Part shown: positions 36,401 through 45,548 of the stretch, piece after piece
Layout of the letters: each line of letters starts with the position of its first letter
How positions within the stretch are numbered: the first letter of the stretch is position 1
Virus record (IMG/VR): IMGVR_UViG_3300043788_000023
Span: 32,001-96,000 of that record
DNA length: 64,000 bases
Source of the DNA: a virus
Strand: one strand, 5' to 3'
Made by a program: the position numbers and the translations under genes
Notes under the pieces: model-generated
The model's input: the letters and a program-made list of their open reading frames with translations, nothing else
Told to the model about the DNA's origin: nothing
Databases searched by the model: none

Positions 36401-37918
36401 GTTCCGCACATCGCACTTGTCGCAGTGATAGACCTCGCCACGACGCTTGTTGTCCGAGGTCCAGCGATAGATGAAGGCGTCCTGCACCTGCCTGATCATG
36501 TCAGGCGTAAGCTGGTCGCCACGTATCAACCTTGCAGTCTTGCTGGCGGCTTCTTTCATGTTGCCGCCGCAGTGCGGGCACTGGAGGTTGTTGCTGTCGG
36601 AACCGTTGCTAGTGCGGTGGCACTTCATGCAGGTGAACTTCTCGTCCTTGGCTCCGACCTTGGCAGCTTCGGACACGCTTTCGGTCGGCTGGTGGATGTC
36701 AGGGTCTACGACATCCGGGTTCTCGGTGTTGGAAATCGCTTCCGTGAAGTCACCCTCAACTCCAGCAGTGTTCAGCGAGGAAACCATGGCTGGCCGTGCG
36801 CGTTCCTTATGGCGACGATCTTTGCGTTCACGCTGGGTGCGCTCGTTGCGGATGACATTCATCAGGTCAACGAAAATGTTCTTGTCCCCAAGTTCGTCGC
36901 TGTGGGACGTGATGAACTGTTCAATCATGTCGGGAAGGCGGCCGAAGTAGTCCTTGAACGAACCGAAGCTCAGCCCAGTTGTTTTGATCCACTCTTGCTC
37001 AAGGTCGCTGCGTTTGACGTCTGCGTCTTCGTCCGTCTGGAGGATGCGCCAGAAGATGTCAAACATCAGAATGAAGCTGTCGGCTGCCTTCTGACCCTGA
37101 GTCTCCCCCAGCCACTTGGCGAAGCCTTGGCGGAACTTCGTGATGTCCCTCTTCGCTTCCACGCTTTGGAACTCGGTCTCGCCGACGCCGTACTCCTCGG
37201 TGTCAAGGATGTTGACTTCCCCCTCGCTCTCGTCGGTCATGCCCGGCTGCCACATGGATACTTCTTCTTCCGGGTTACGTGCGTTGATCTTGTTCTGCAT
37301 CTCCTCAACGCGGAGGAAGAAAGCACGGGTAAGCCACTCGGTGAGCTTGGACGCGGCGTTCTGCCTGTTCACGCCGAGGCTCTTTGACTTGGCAACGAAC
37401 TGCGAAAGCGTGTCGCGTTCGCCGAGGACGTTGAACAGCATCTCGCCGATGAGTTCGTCCTTGATAATCTGTTGATCCTCGGCATCGCCACGTCCGTGGA
37501 CGTAGAGTTTGGAGGAGATGGACTTCTGGAGGAAATTGGCCCAGCGGAAAGCCTGACCGTCACGCCCCACGGGGAATGGCAGGGGGCTGTCCTTGTGCTG
37601 TTCGTTGTAGCGTTCAATGTACGAGTTGATGTACAGGTCAAAATCGCGGTTGTAGGCGAGGTGGTACTTTAGCCATGCTGCAAAACGTGCAGTGGCGGCG
37701 GCAACAGGGCGGAAATTGTGAGGCGTCTGGACAGGCTGCCCTTGGAGGTTCGCCAGCTTGACGGCGTAACCGTCCGGCCCGGCGATCTTCGACGCTACGC
37801 GGTAGACGGAACCGTCGATGCCTCTTACGATCTGACCCGGCTCCGGGGAGGGAAGCTTGGCGGACGCTGCCTTCGGCTGACGGTCATCGTCACCGAAGAT
37901 CAACGCTGCATACTTCAT
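33479..37918 (-). CDS. Large multi-module protein, putative head polyprotein
   Basis: 1479 aa; large helical N-domain followed by several CxxC Zn modules separated by SKTA, GKKA, KFA, HTA, KTA linkers. Confidence 0.7.
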   Translation of the reverse strand: MKYAALIFGDDDRQPKAASAKLPSPEPGQIVRGIDGSVYRVASKIAGPDGYAVKLANLQGQPVQTPHNFRPVAAATARFAAWLKYHLAYNRDFDLYINSYIERYNEQHKDSPLPFPVGRDGQAFRWANFLQKSISSKLYVHGRGDAEDQQIIKDELIGEMLFNVLGERDTLSQFVAKSKSLGVNRQNAASKLTEWLTRAFFLRVEEMQNKINARNPEEEVSMWQPGMTDESEGEVNILDTEEYGVGETEFQSVEAKRDITKFRQGFAKWLGETQGQKAADSFILMFDIFWRILQTDEDADVKRSDLEQEWIKTTGLSFGSFKDYFGRLPDMIEQFITSHSDELGDKNIFVDLMNVIRNERTQRERKDRRHKERARPAMVSSLNTAGVEGDFTEAISNTENPDVVDPDIHQPTESVSEAAKVGAKDEKFTCMKCHRTSNGSDSNNLQCPHCGGNMKEAASKTARLIRGDQLTPDMIRQVQDAFIYRWTSDNKRRGEVYHCDKCDVRNEPYVNTNSAEGHQHPTIPLQTDEQWLKEHAFSFTNAGRLQPRRHAQPAYLVPEEKDPILASVAHKFAMEKAAYNPGKGEYIYQSDVYCEACGDALKRRLDKKGYTPANPSDEASYDSDKYPKGPYYNQESDGPEHCAHCGEFLENPLTTEGYQYLNQMILEHEEDGKGQSDIIDEWKAFYPEREQEGYAAPSKIDDTLSQIEQDTDKDFLRGMNTAGKKAMLPHEFNDADGQAISNETYPDTAYVSGESDTTELREPRMAAGDMHNEECPRCSRRIRHDLLERHLKGCDPQKEKERKAEAKRKNRKQWEADTEAILKPRKSEMDYRTVSGGLPSLGKKAVDPSSLLNIDEPRKPTPLHKRPQDPVIPTHPLQTRESETGNWQCMDCGAVGLLDNKGGGCETCGSQAVFPVSPTGVESPELVRETKPVEVEKRMIPRRSPKPLPLTGKKAQGSGNTTVTMQEQNVTTPNTPGKGEPMAVPEAIDQAPGPHSPNAPMTAPRTPGITPKIVNVPPGTEGEMSNMASADPEEITCPKCHGSNVEIDAPDPETYKIWCDDCDEFTYTGGLVSGSPVRDYREMPGDEWSAIERMGEVGGEFEEGPEPDVDAMYEAERLDQFDKQSGLEWIGGRLDEEERAFVRTLPESEIPCPDCGTPLRLNELSDPSGVAAPKKDYICPKCESVFEETEQHTAAGGEEAIPDEYNLDILFVLPQDKKEEWLVAHGWTKDEEWHGASWWMQKPMWSRKDYEEDIPYQDTDDAMDKEVDLWYRSQQKTAAGSNSGNDDDRGAGDLWRENFYEHRTSGPSTNGLLTGMKDAAAAPAAPPPPNVQQQMNLVRPQVQPAAPGGTTVAIMPSEEDPGNGSGKQPLVKKHTVEPELPNAKYHMMGALITAEEHRLMADAGFSGEIDPEALANPEMYTEEERKTWPPHMAKCEQCGLEKPDVQWRVSEDFSSASDPTQPAAGWLCEDCDLDLAQDI

Positions 37919-37930
37919 CTGCTCCCTCTC

Positions 37931-38167
37931 TTAGTCGAGGATTTTGTCGTTCGGGTCAAAGTCCTGACCAGCGTCTTCCTTCAGCGCCGACTGGAGGAGG
38001 TCAAGGTACTCGTCGTGATCCTTGAACGCCTGCGGTGCCTCGGGTGCGCCGTTCTGATCGCGAACGTCGCCTGCTGCTGCGGACTTGGTGCCGGACATCT
38101 TGTCGTACTCGGACGCGAACAGCGAGTTCATGTTGTCAGCGTCGATTTTGGCGATCTTTTTTGCCAT
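37931..38167 (-). CDS. Small acidic protein (KxA-linker family)
   Basis: MAKKIAKIDAD..., AAGGAG SD, tandem late motifs upstream. Confidence 0.6.
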   Translation of the reverse strand: MAKKIAKIDADNMNSLFASEYDKMSGTKSAAAGDVRDQNGAPEAPQAFKDHDEYLDLLQSALKEDAGQDFDPNDKILD

Positions 38168-38235
38168 GGTCTTTGCTCCTTGCAAGGGGCGGGGATAGTT
38201 TCCCCTACAGAAGGGGCGGAAATACGAGTTTTGCA

Positions 38236-39177
38236 TCAAGTGATGGTGATATTGGCGCTTGACGACACACCTGGGATGGCGACATGGGCGAAGTTGTATC
38301 CTTGCAGCGTAAGCGAGATATTCTGCGTGAATCCAGCCGCCACCACGTAAAGTCCTGATCCGCTTGTACTTATGAACCCAGTGTCAAAGCCAGAGGGCTG
38401 GTAATCTATGCCATTGTTGCCCGTGATCCTGATGAACGCCACGTTGAGCGTGCTCCACAACAGGCTGATGGTCTGGTGGATCGTCGCCGTAGACGGGACA
38501 GGGAAAAGCTGAGCCGATGGCGGTAGGGTATTGTCGCCGTTCAGGCTGAAGGACGCTATCAAGGCGAAGCCGGGCACCTCAACTATCGTGGTAGCCGGGA
38601 CGTTGATGACTTGCTGGGTCAGGATGTTTGAATTTGACGGGTTGTGGTTACCGCTGTTGCCGGGTCCCGTGTACAAGGCTTGTATGGTGTGCAGACCTGG
38701 AATCAGGATAGTGGTTGAACCCTGTGCCGTGGATGTCGTGGTGCTGATTGAATTCCCGGCTTGACTCACCTGAATCTGCGCCGTGTAGACCCCATTGACC
38801 GTGAAGCTCGTGGAAGTCGCTGAGGCTATGGCGACGTTGGTCTGGTTGAATTGAACTCCGTTGGGGACACTCAACGTGTTGAAGAATCCAGAAGTGGTGA
38901 CACGCTGTCCCGGTGCGAAACTGTTCGCTGCGATGTACGTCGCAACCGAGGTAGACGACTGAATCGCCGTGACGGACGCTGTCAAAGGCGAGAGGGAACC
39001 GCTTCCGAAACCGAATGAGCCATCCGCTACGAAGAACACGGCTCCGGTTGGTGCTGTGTTGGGGTTCGGATCGCCCGTAACCGGGTCGGACACCGTAGCT
39101 GTAAATGTGACCTCGTCCTCAAAGTTGGACGGTTGCTCGCCACTGACTACGAATGTGAATGAGTCATTAAGCGGCAT
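38236..39177 (-). CDS. Ig-like (Big_3-type) domain virion protein
   Basis: VTFTATV...PTG.V.F..DG...G.HTIQALY.G..NHNPSNS..LTQQV, split by a beta-module insert. Confidence 0.65.
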   Translation of the reverse strand: MPLNDSFTFVVSGEQPSNFEDEVTFTATVSDPVTGDPNPNTAPTGAVFFVADGSFGFGSGSLSPLTASVTAIQSSTSVATYIAANSFAPGQRVTTSGFFNTLSVPNGVQFNQTNVAIASATSTSFTVNGVYTAQIQVSQAGNSISTTTSTAQGSTTILIPGLHTIQALYTGPGNSGNHNPSNSNILTQQVINVPATTIVEVPGFALIASFSLNGDNTLPPSAQLFPVPSTATIHQTISLLWSTLNVAFIRITGNNGIDYQPSGFDTGFISTSGSGLYVVAAGFTQNISLTLQGYNFAHVAIPGVSSSANITIT

Positions 39178-39821
39178 TATGCGACCCCCGGAAGGAACGT
39201 AACGTAGAAGCCCACCTTCTGTATCCCCGGAGGAGACGGGAGGTCAACGTGCTGCACGGCGACTGTCGCCACATTGGTGTCAAGCGGATGCACGGCGATC
39301 ACGGGCTTGTTGATGTAGACCGAAAGGTTGGTGTTGTTATTGTAGACCACCTGCGTTCCGAGAATCGTGCTGAAATCGGGAGTCGCAGAAGTGTAGAGCG
39401 TGTGCCTCGTGCCATCGTCAACCAGCATGCAGTACGCCGGAGGCGTGCTGTGTTGTGCGTAGGTGGTGGAAAAAGTGAACGCCGTGGAAAACGGGAGGCT
39501 GATTGGGCTGATCGGTTCGGAGAAATTCCGTGCCGTGTATGGAGCGTAGAACATCGCACCGTTGGTGTTTGTCCAGTACAGGTGAACGACGCCCTGCGGT
39601 GGCTGCTGAATAACCGACAGCCATTGGACACCGCCCGTGACCAAAATCTGGATCGTGGACAGCCCGGACAGCGTGGACGAGTTGGCTTGCTTGACTCTCA
39701 GTTCGTTGGACGTTGAGATGTAAAAGAACACATCTGCGCCAGCGAGATTGCCGTAGCCACGTGCGCCGAGGTTAGACCCAACGGCTGTCGGGTCAAAATA
39801 GTGATCCTGCAAGATTGGCAT
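39177..39821 (-). CDS. Tail/baseplate-associated beta protein
   Basis: Coupled within the fibre cluster; beta-rich composition. Confidence 0.5.
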   Translation of the reverse strand: MPILQDHYFDPTAVGSNLGARGYGNLAGADVFFYISTSNELRVKQANSSTLSGLSTIQILVTGGVQWLSVIQQPPQGVVHLYWTNTNGAMFYAPYTARNFSEPISPISLPFSTAFTFSTTYAQHSTPPAYCMLVDDGTRHTLYTSATPDFSTILGTQVVYNNNTNLSVYINKPVIAVHPLDTNVATVAVQHVDLPSPPGIQKVGFYVTFLPGVA

Positions 39822-39824
39822 TCA

Positions 39825-42800
39825 TTACACCCTGCGACCCCATTGATATGTGACCGCCATGTTGGTGCCCGACTGCGTCTGTATCATATCGCAACCACCA
39901 GCCTGCGATACCAAGCCCGGCTGTGGTCCGCCGAACAGGACGAAACCGTACACCGGGTGAACACGGATGTAGCCGTTCTGGAACGTGGAGATGGTACCCG
40001 TGGGAATCTGGAGGAAGGTATACCATCCGAGAACTGGACTCAAGTTGCCGCCTTGATTGGCGTTGCCCGAACCGAGGAACTGTTGGCCGAGAGATGCGGG
40101 CGTCACTGTGGTGTCAATGGCGACAGACACGGCGTCGCATGAAAGCCCCATGTACTGGGAGTCAAAGCTGCCACGAGCCGGAGTGCCGTCCGAAGCCGAA
40201 CTGCTGCCCAGCCTTGCGGCGAACGTGCTGTCAATATCGCTGCGCTGGTAGTCCACGAACTGGAACGGGCCGATCCCGAGATAGAAACCGAACTGGAGCG
40301 GGGTGCCAGTCCATTGACCTGCTTGGAAGTTGTAGTACGGGTAGCCCGACTGGCAAGTGATGCGCACATTCGTGACGCCCGTCTGACGTGGGAACGTCCA
40401 GATACCGCCGTGGTGCGCACGCCAGATCGGCGTGATCGGAGTGTACGACACACCGAGATTGGTGCTGACCTCAAACGTCATACCACGCATGAAGGCAGGC
40501 GAGAGGGAAGAACCAGCGTTGTCGGTGGTGCCCAGCGTCTCCGGACCAAAGGCGAGTATCTCGCTGAAGTTCATCGTCGGTAGCATGACCGAACTGAACA
40601 GACGGAAATAACCTAGCGCCGTGTTGCCGTTAACCGTGTTTGAACGCAGGGCGTAGTAACGATAGCTGCCGAACGACGTGACATTTCCCGCCCACGTGCG
40701 TGTGATAGGAACGCTGCTGCGGGTGTCAATGGCGACCCACGTGCCGCCCGGAGGTCCGTTCGTGAAATCCGTCGCGCTGTTTGAACCGTAGAGCGTCCAA
40801 CCACTCATGGTGTTATTGCTTTGACCAGGAAGAACCACGCCTTGGTTGAACTCGTACGACTTGGCAATCTGGGCTGCGCCGAGGTCTATGGCGATCCACT
40901 GCCCGGCACCGCCGTTGGAAATCCACTGACCGTAGCCGTTGAACATCCACGGGCAGCCGTTGAAGGCGAAAAACGGCGTAGTAAAACTGGCTTGTGACGA
41001 GCTTGCGCTGAACACCTGACCAGCTTGGTTAGGGCGATTCAAGATGGTGGTCGGGTCTGGGTGGCTTACCGTCATCACGCACTGCACCGCATTGTTCTGC
41101 GCGACACCGCTGGTGACCATCGGCCAAATACCGCACGATCCGAAGGAGTCTTGCCCCGCGATAAAGCCTGCGGGTAGGGAAGTCACGGGCAGCAAGGTCA
41201 TCGGGTTGGTAAACGATGTGGGGAACGTGATGTTCGCCGGACCGAAGGCATCCGGCAGATACACTGTCGGGATGACCTGATTCACGGCGGTCACGGGTAT
41301 GCTGGACTGCGTCACGTTGAACGTCTGCCCCGCGAACATAGACCAAACGTACCGTGCCTTGCGGACATACTTGGTGTTGCCCCAAGCCACGTTGATCGTG
41401 AACCACTCAAACTGGTGGAATGTTGAACCAGCAGTCTGACCGAACTGAGCGACAAGACCGTACGGCAGGTTGACGTTCACTCCCGCCGTTGATGGCACGG
41501 GAGCGGCGTTTGAGACCGCGTCAGCATAATTATCCGCCATCGTGAACGCAGAGCCGTTCCACTTGAAGTAAGTGGGCAGGAAGAAAGTGCTCTGCTCCAT
41601 GTTGTGACCGAAAGTTTGAAACCCTCCAGGCCCGATATTGGACGCTGGTCGCATACCGTACTCGCCTACTTCACCTACGAACTGGATGCCATTGACGTCC
41701 ACGCCTCCGTGGATGGCAACAGGGACATAGTTGTCTGTAAACGATCCGAGGATAGAATAAGCGTCAACGAAAGTGACTCCTTGCCCGTTAGCCACATCAG
41801 GAACGAATGCCAAGTCTTGTCCTATGTCAATGACGTTGCCGCTGTTGTCCTTGGTGTTCGTGTGAATGACGCTCATCGTGCCGACGACGGTCTGGTTCCA
41901 CTTCGTGAGATTCCAGCTTGGGGGAGCCATCCAGAATATGGCCGAAGACGGGTTAGTGCCGTCTGAGTTCTGAGAAGTGAAGTTATATTCAAAATTGAAC
42001 CAGAACAGAGTGCGGTCGTCCGTCACCGACTTGCGGATTTGCAAGGGGGTTGGGGTTATCGGCGCTCCGGCAGGGAAGATGCCGAGGTGGGTCGCGTTGC
42101 CTGTGTCGCCCGCAGGACCGTAGTCTGCGTGTGCTGTCGGATCGGTGAATTCAAACTGCGAATTGGACAGCCCAGTGCCCGATACGGTCACGGTCAGACC
42201 GTTGAGCCAGATCGCATTGCTGATTCCGGCGAGGGTAACCTGCTGCCCCACCCGGAAATAGTTCGTCGCCTGAACCGTCACGACAGTGGCAGTCTCGCTG
42301 ATGCTGGTGATCGGGGCATTCGTTACACCGACCCACGTCACGTTTGAGTTTGAGATGGTGCCGAGTGGCTGCGAACCGTCAATGACGAACAGCTTGTCGT
42401 TGCGGTAGTTGCACTGCACCAAGATGACGGGCTGTCCGCTGACGGAGGTGGTCTGCGCAACGTCGTACAGGGAGCAACTGAACTGCGGCTCATAGTTGAG
42501 AAACTGGTCTGTTGAGGTATTGACATTGCCACCAGCGCCGAATCCTGGTAACCCGTAGCTGAAGTTTACACCGCCACCGCCCGTGATCTGGCTTGTGTTC
42601 CACGTGTTCGTGCTTGGGTTGTACAGCATCACCTGCCATTCAATGTCCGTCGCGGTGCCGCTGTCCGGCGTAGAGGCGTAGTTCGCGTGCGTGAAAGCAG
42701 CCTCAAACTGACCACCATTTAGCCCGGTGCTCAGAATTTGAAATCCATGACCGTTGAGAAACGACGCTCCTGTGAGACCGTTAACGTAGACGACCTCTCC

Positions 42801-44966
42801 CATTGCGAAATTGTTGGTTGCCGTGAACGTAACAACATTGCTCGTGAGAGACACGTTCGTGATGTTGGCGATGCCCATGTTGGACACGGTTGTGCCGACG
42901 ACGTTGACGTTCTCAACCGCAAAGGCGAAATCGCCGTTGCGGAGCTTTATCATCTCGCTCAAGCTGCGGGCATTATGGCGGGACTGGAACGCTGGGAAGG
43001 ATGCGGAACCCCAAGTACCGGGCACAATGCTGTATGGTGTCACACCCACCTTGCCTGGAGTGCCGGAAAGGTCGGTTGAGGAGTTCAACGGGTTCGTTCC
43101 CATTGAACCAGTCATGGCGTAAACAGTGGCGAACCCTGTGCGGATGCGGCACGCGCCGTACGCCGCCCCGGATGAAAGCGCCGGAGCATTTGAGAGAGCG
43201 GTCACGTTGCTGTTGATCACGTTTGAATCAAATAGTGCGAGATGCCCGTTTTCCGAAATGAAGTAAATCTTGCTCTTGTTCAGTCCGTAGTTCGTCCACG
43301 TCACACCACCGTCGCCGGGGGTCGTGCCAGTGTAGGTCTTGTTGAACGTCGGTATGCCGCCACCGCTGGTGCCGGGCGTGGTGACGACTTGGATGTAGCC
43401 ATTGGGGTCAAGGATCGCCTGACCCACGATGTAAGGATTGCCGGACGCCCACGGAGTCGTCTCGCTCCACACCGCAGCCCCAGCGATGCGGAAGCCCTGT
43501 GCCCACGTACCGGAGTTCCATGTGTCAAGGAGGTCAATGAAAACCAACGGATATAGAGATGCCTTGTTTGTGAAGATAGCGAACTTGGTCTCTTGAACGT
43601 ACAGTTCGTACTCATCGTTTATGTGCAGCGACGCATTGTTGCGGACACGGATGTCCGTCTGGTAAGCTGCCAGATTCGGGGCGCTGTCCGCTGGCGAGGC
43701 GAAGCCGTATGCGTTGCCATACACGAAACCCAAGTCTTGCCACACCAATGCGCCCGTGCCGTCAGTTGAGAACTGGTAGCTGCCGAAGTCGGGCGCGTTG
43801 AGCCAATTGACGCTGAAAGCGCCAGTGGGCCAAGTGCCGTTGACACCCGAGGTTCCCGCCGTCGTGACCTTCTCTATGTGTGCGAACCTGTCAAGAATTT
43901 CATAGTTGAGCGGGTACGCATGACTCGGTATCCACTCAAACTGGTTCGTCTGCGGTGCTCGGGAGGTCGGGCAGTCAGCAATTGCAGTAACGCTGAACAC
44001 ACGATCCGCAGCCGCCACATTGTTAGCGCCTCCGGGACCGGAGGGGTTAGCGAAGGGCGCTCCGGGGTAGGGGGTCTGATCTTCGTAGTACGGGTAGGCG
44101 TACGACATCGCCGATCCGTCCAGTATGCGTCCCCAGAATATGCTCAGTGCGCGGCTACCGAACTTGCGATTGTTTGACGCTGCGTAGAAGTCGTCAGGCA
44201 GAGCGTTGAACGGGTAGCCGTATTGGTCATTGCGGAAAACGGCGCGGGAGCCAGAAGCGAACGAGCAGCCGAGACCGCAGCTTAGGATGGTTTGCGTCAT
44301 CTGCTGCGTCGGACGCATCTCAACGTGGAAGCTCACGTTACCGGAACCGATGTTGTTTGTCGGACTGTCAATCTGGGCGACAAACATCGCAGGGTTGGTG
44401 TAGGGTGTGCGGCTGTACGCCGACGAGTTCAGCGTTATTGATGCGGTCGCGTCAACGGGGAGGTTGTTCTGGTCACGCCACTGGTTCGCAGTAGAGTTGG
44501 GGATAGGCCCGTTGGCGATGGTGACCGAGTTGCCGTGCCCGTAGGTCGGCTCGTAGTCCACCGCGCTCACCTGCGTCGGCGAAGTGATCGGGCCGGGATT
44601 TATATCAAACGTGTAATCAAGGTTGCCGTAGCCACCCACGAAGCTGCCGATGTAGCCGTAGTTTACGTTCTGGTCGCTGGTCAGGACGGCACGGACGAAG
44701 TAACCACCGTTCGGGCGACCCGCAATGCCGAAGCCGTTCGGCTGCGACCAAGAATCACCGCCAACACCAGCAGGATACGGCGTGGTGTTGTTCTGCGTAG
44801 AGGAAGACCAGATGCCGCAGATTTTCGTGTAACGGGCCAAGTTGCCGTTGATGTTGTCGGGCAACAGCGGATACTCTGAAGCGAACACACCCGCGTTGGC
44901 GGGGTGCGACCCAGTGCCGAACAGGTCGCCGTTGATCTGAGCTACTTGGAAAATGTTTACAGCCAT
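39825..44966 (-). CDS. Giant receptor-binding/tail-fibre protein (CBM-like repeats, F5/8 discoidin-like domain)
   Basis: 1713 aa; W....Y..G..ILD..G...V.T.GTSG repeats x2; WIAIDLG...WTLYGSN...W..ID...YRYYAL (discoidin); two copies of the shared beta module. Confidence 0.65.
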   Translation of the reverse strand: MAVNIFQVAQINGDLFGTGSHPANAGVFASEYPLLPDNINGNLARYTKICGIWSSSTQNNTTPYPAGVGGDSWSQPNGFGIAGRPNGGYFVRAVLTSDQNVNYGYIGSFVGGYGNLDYTFDINPGPITSPTQVSAVDYEPTYGHGNSVTIANGPIPNSTANQWRDQNNLPVDATASITLNSSAYSRTPYTNPAMFVAQIDSPTNNIGSGNVSFHVEMRPTQQMTQTILSCGLGCSFASGSRAVFRNDQYGYPFNALPDDFYAASNNRKFGSRALSIFWGRILDGSAMSYAYPYYEDQTPYPGAPFANPSGPGGANNVAAADRVFSVTAIADCPTSRAPQTNQFEWIPSHAYPLNYEILDRFAHIEKVTTAGTSGVNGTWPTGAFSVNWLNAPDFGSYQFSTDGTGALVWQDLGFVYGNAYGFASPADSAPNLAAYQTDIRVRNNASLHINDEYELYVQETKFAIFTNKASLYPLVFIDLLDTWNSGTWAQGFRIAGAAVWSETTPWASGNPYIVGQAILDPNGYIQVVTTPGTSGGGIPTFNKTYTGTTPGDGGVTWTNYGLNKSKIYFISENGHLALFDSNVINSNVTALSNAPALSSGAAYGACRIRTGFATVYAMTGSMGTNPLNSSTDLSGTPGKVGVTPYSIVPGTWGSASFPAFQSRHNARSLSEMIKLRNGDFAFAVENVNVVGTTVSNMGIANITNVSLTSNVVTFTATNNFAMGEVVYVNGLTGASFLNGHGFQILSTGLNGGQFEAAFTHANYASTPDSGTATDIEWQVMLYNPSTNTWNTSQITGGGGVNFSYGLPGFGAGGNVNTSTDQFLNYEPQFSCSLYDVAQTTSVSGQPVILVQCNYRNDKLFVIDGSQPLGTISNSNVTWVGVTNAPITSISETATVVTVQATNYFRVGQQVTLAGISNAIWLNGLTVTVSGTGLSNSQFEFTDPTAHADYGPAGDTGNATHLGIFPAGAPITPTPLQIRKSVTDDRTLFWFNFEYNFTSQNSDGTNPSSAIFWMAPPSWNLTKWNQTVVGTMSVIHTNTKDNSGNVIDIGQDLAFVPDVANGQGVTFVDAYSILGSFTDNYVPVAIHGGVDVNGIQFVGEVGEYGMRPASNIGPGGFQTFGHNMEQSTFFLPTYFKWNGSAFTMADNYADAVSNAAPVPSTAGVNVNLPYGLVAQFGQTAGSTFHQFEWFTINVAWGNTKYVRKARYVWSMFAGQTFNVTQSSIPVTAVNQVIPTVYLPDAFGPANITFPTSFTNPMTLLPVTSLPAGFIAGQDSFGSCGIWPMVTSGVAQNNAVQCVMTVSHPDPTTILNRPNQAGQVFSASSSQASFTTPFFAFNGCPWMFNGYGQWISNGGAGQWIAIDLGAAQIAKSYEFNQGVVLPGQSNNTMSGWTLYGSNSATDFTNGPPGGTWVAIDTRSSVPITRTWAGNVTSFGSYRYYALRSNTVNGNTALGYFRLFSSVMLPTMNFSEILAFGPETLGTTDNAGSSLSPAFMRGMTFEVSTNLGVSYTPITPIWRAHHGGIWTFPRQTGVTNVRITCQSGYPYYNFQAGQWTGTPLQFGFYLGIGPFQFVDYQRSDIDSTFAARLGSSSASDGTPARGSFDSQYMGLSCDAVSVAIDTTVTPASLGQQFLGSGNANQGGNLSPVLGWYTFLQIPTGTISTFQNGYIRVHPVYGFVLFGGPQPGLVSQAGGCDMIQTQSGTNMAVTYQWGRRV

Positions 44967-45535
44967 TATGCTGCTCCTACCACGGAGATGAAGTAAGACA
45001 GTTCAAGGATGTCTGGTACTCCGCCCGGCACAAATCCATGCACGAGGAACGAGGTCGGCAGGACAACGAGTGTCTCCGGGCAAAAATTGATTTGAACGCT
45101 GTTGGCGATTCCGTACAGGTGCCCGTCAAATTGATCGTTCTGCATGCCCGTGAGACCGACCGCCTTGAGTTGCAGGTCGTTGGGAAGGTTGTTCCACGAG
45201 TAGAACAGCTTCCAACGGTACTGCGTCGCCGAACTCGGACCAGTGAGGGTTTTTCCCTGCCACAGCGGTTGCGTAGAACCACCCACTATTGAGTTGCTCA
45301 CCGTGCAGGTGTATGGTGCCCACGGGTTGCGTGCGTCCCATCCGGGGTAGCTCGCCCACTCTGCACCGTCAGGCAGGAGGAACGCGACAGGCAAGCCGCC
45401 GTTCGTAAAAGTGTTGTCAAAGATGCGGTTGGTGGTGACGATAAAATCGTCGGAGACGGCGTTGTCCTTGGTGTACTGGTGCAGGATTTCGCCCTCCTGA
45501 GACTTCACGACTATTTCCAGTCGGTTGTTATACAT
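44966..45535 (-). CDS. Tail fibre/baseplate attachment protein
   Basis: Probable start MYNNRLEIVVK (TAAGGA SD); N-terminus like phage fibre-base proteins. Confidence 0.45.
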   Translation of the reverse strand: MYNNRLEIVVKSQEGEILHQYTKDNAVSDDFIVTTNRIFDNTFTNGGLPVAFLLPDGAEWASYPGWDARNPWAPYTCTVSNSIVGGSTQPLWQGKTLTGPSSATQYRWKLFYSWNNLPNDLQLKAVGLTGMQNDQFDGHLYGIANSVQINFCPETLVVLPTSFLVHGFVPGGVPDILELSYFISVVGAA

Positions 45536-45548
45536 CGAGTCTGATCCT

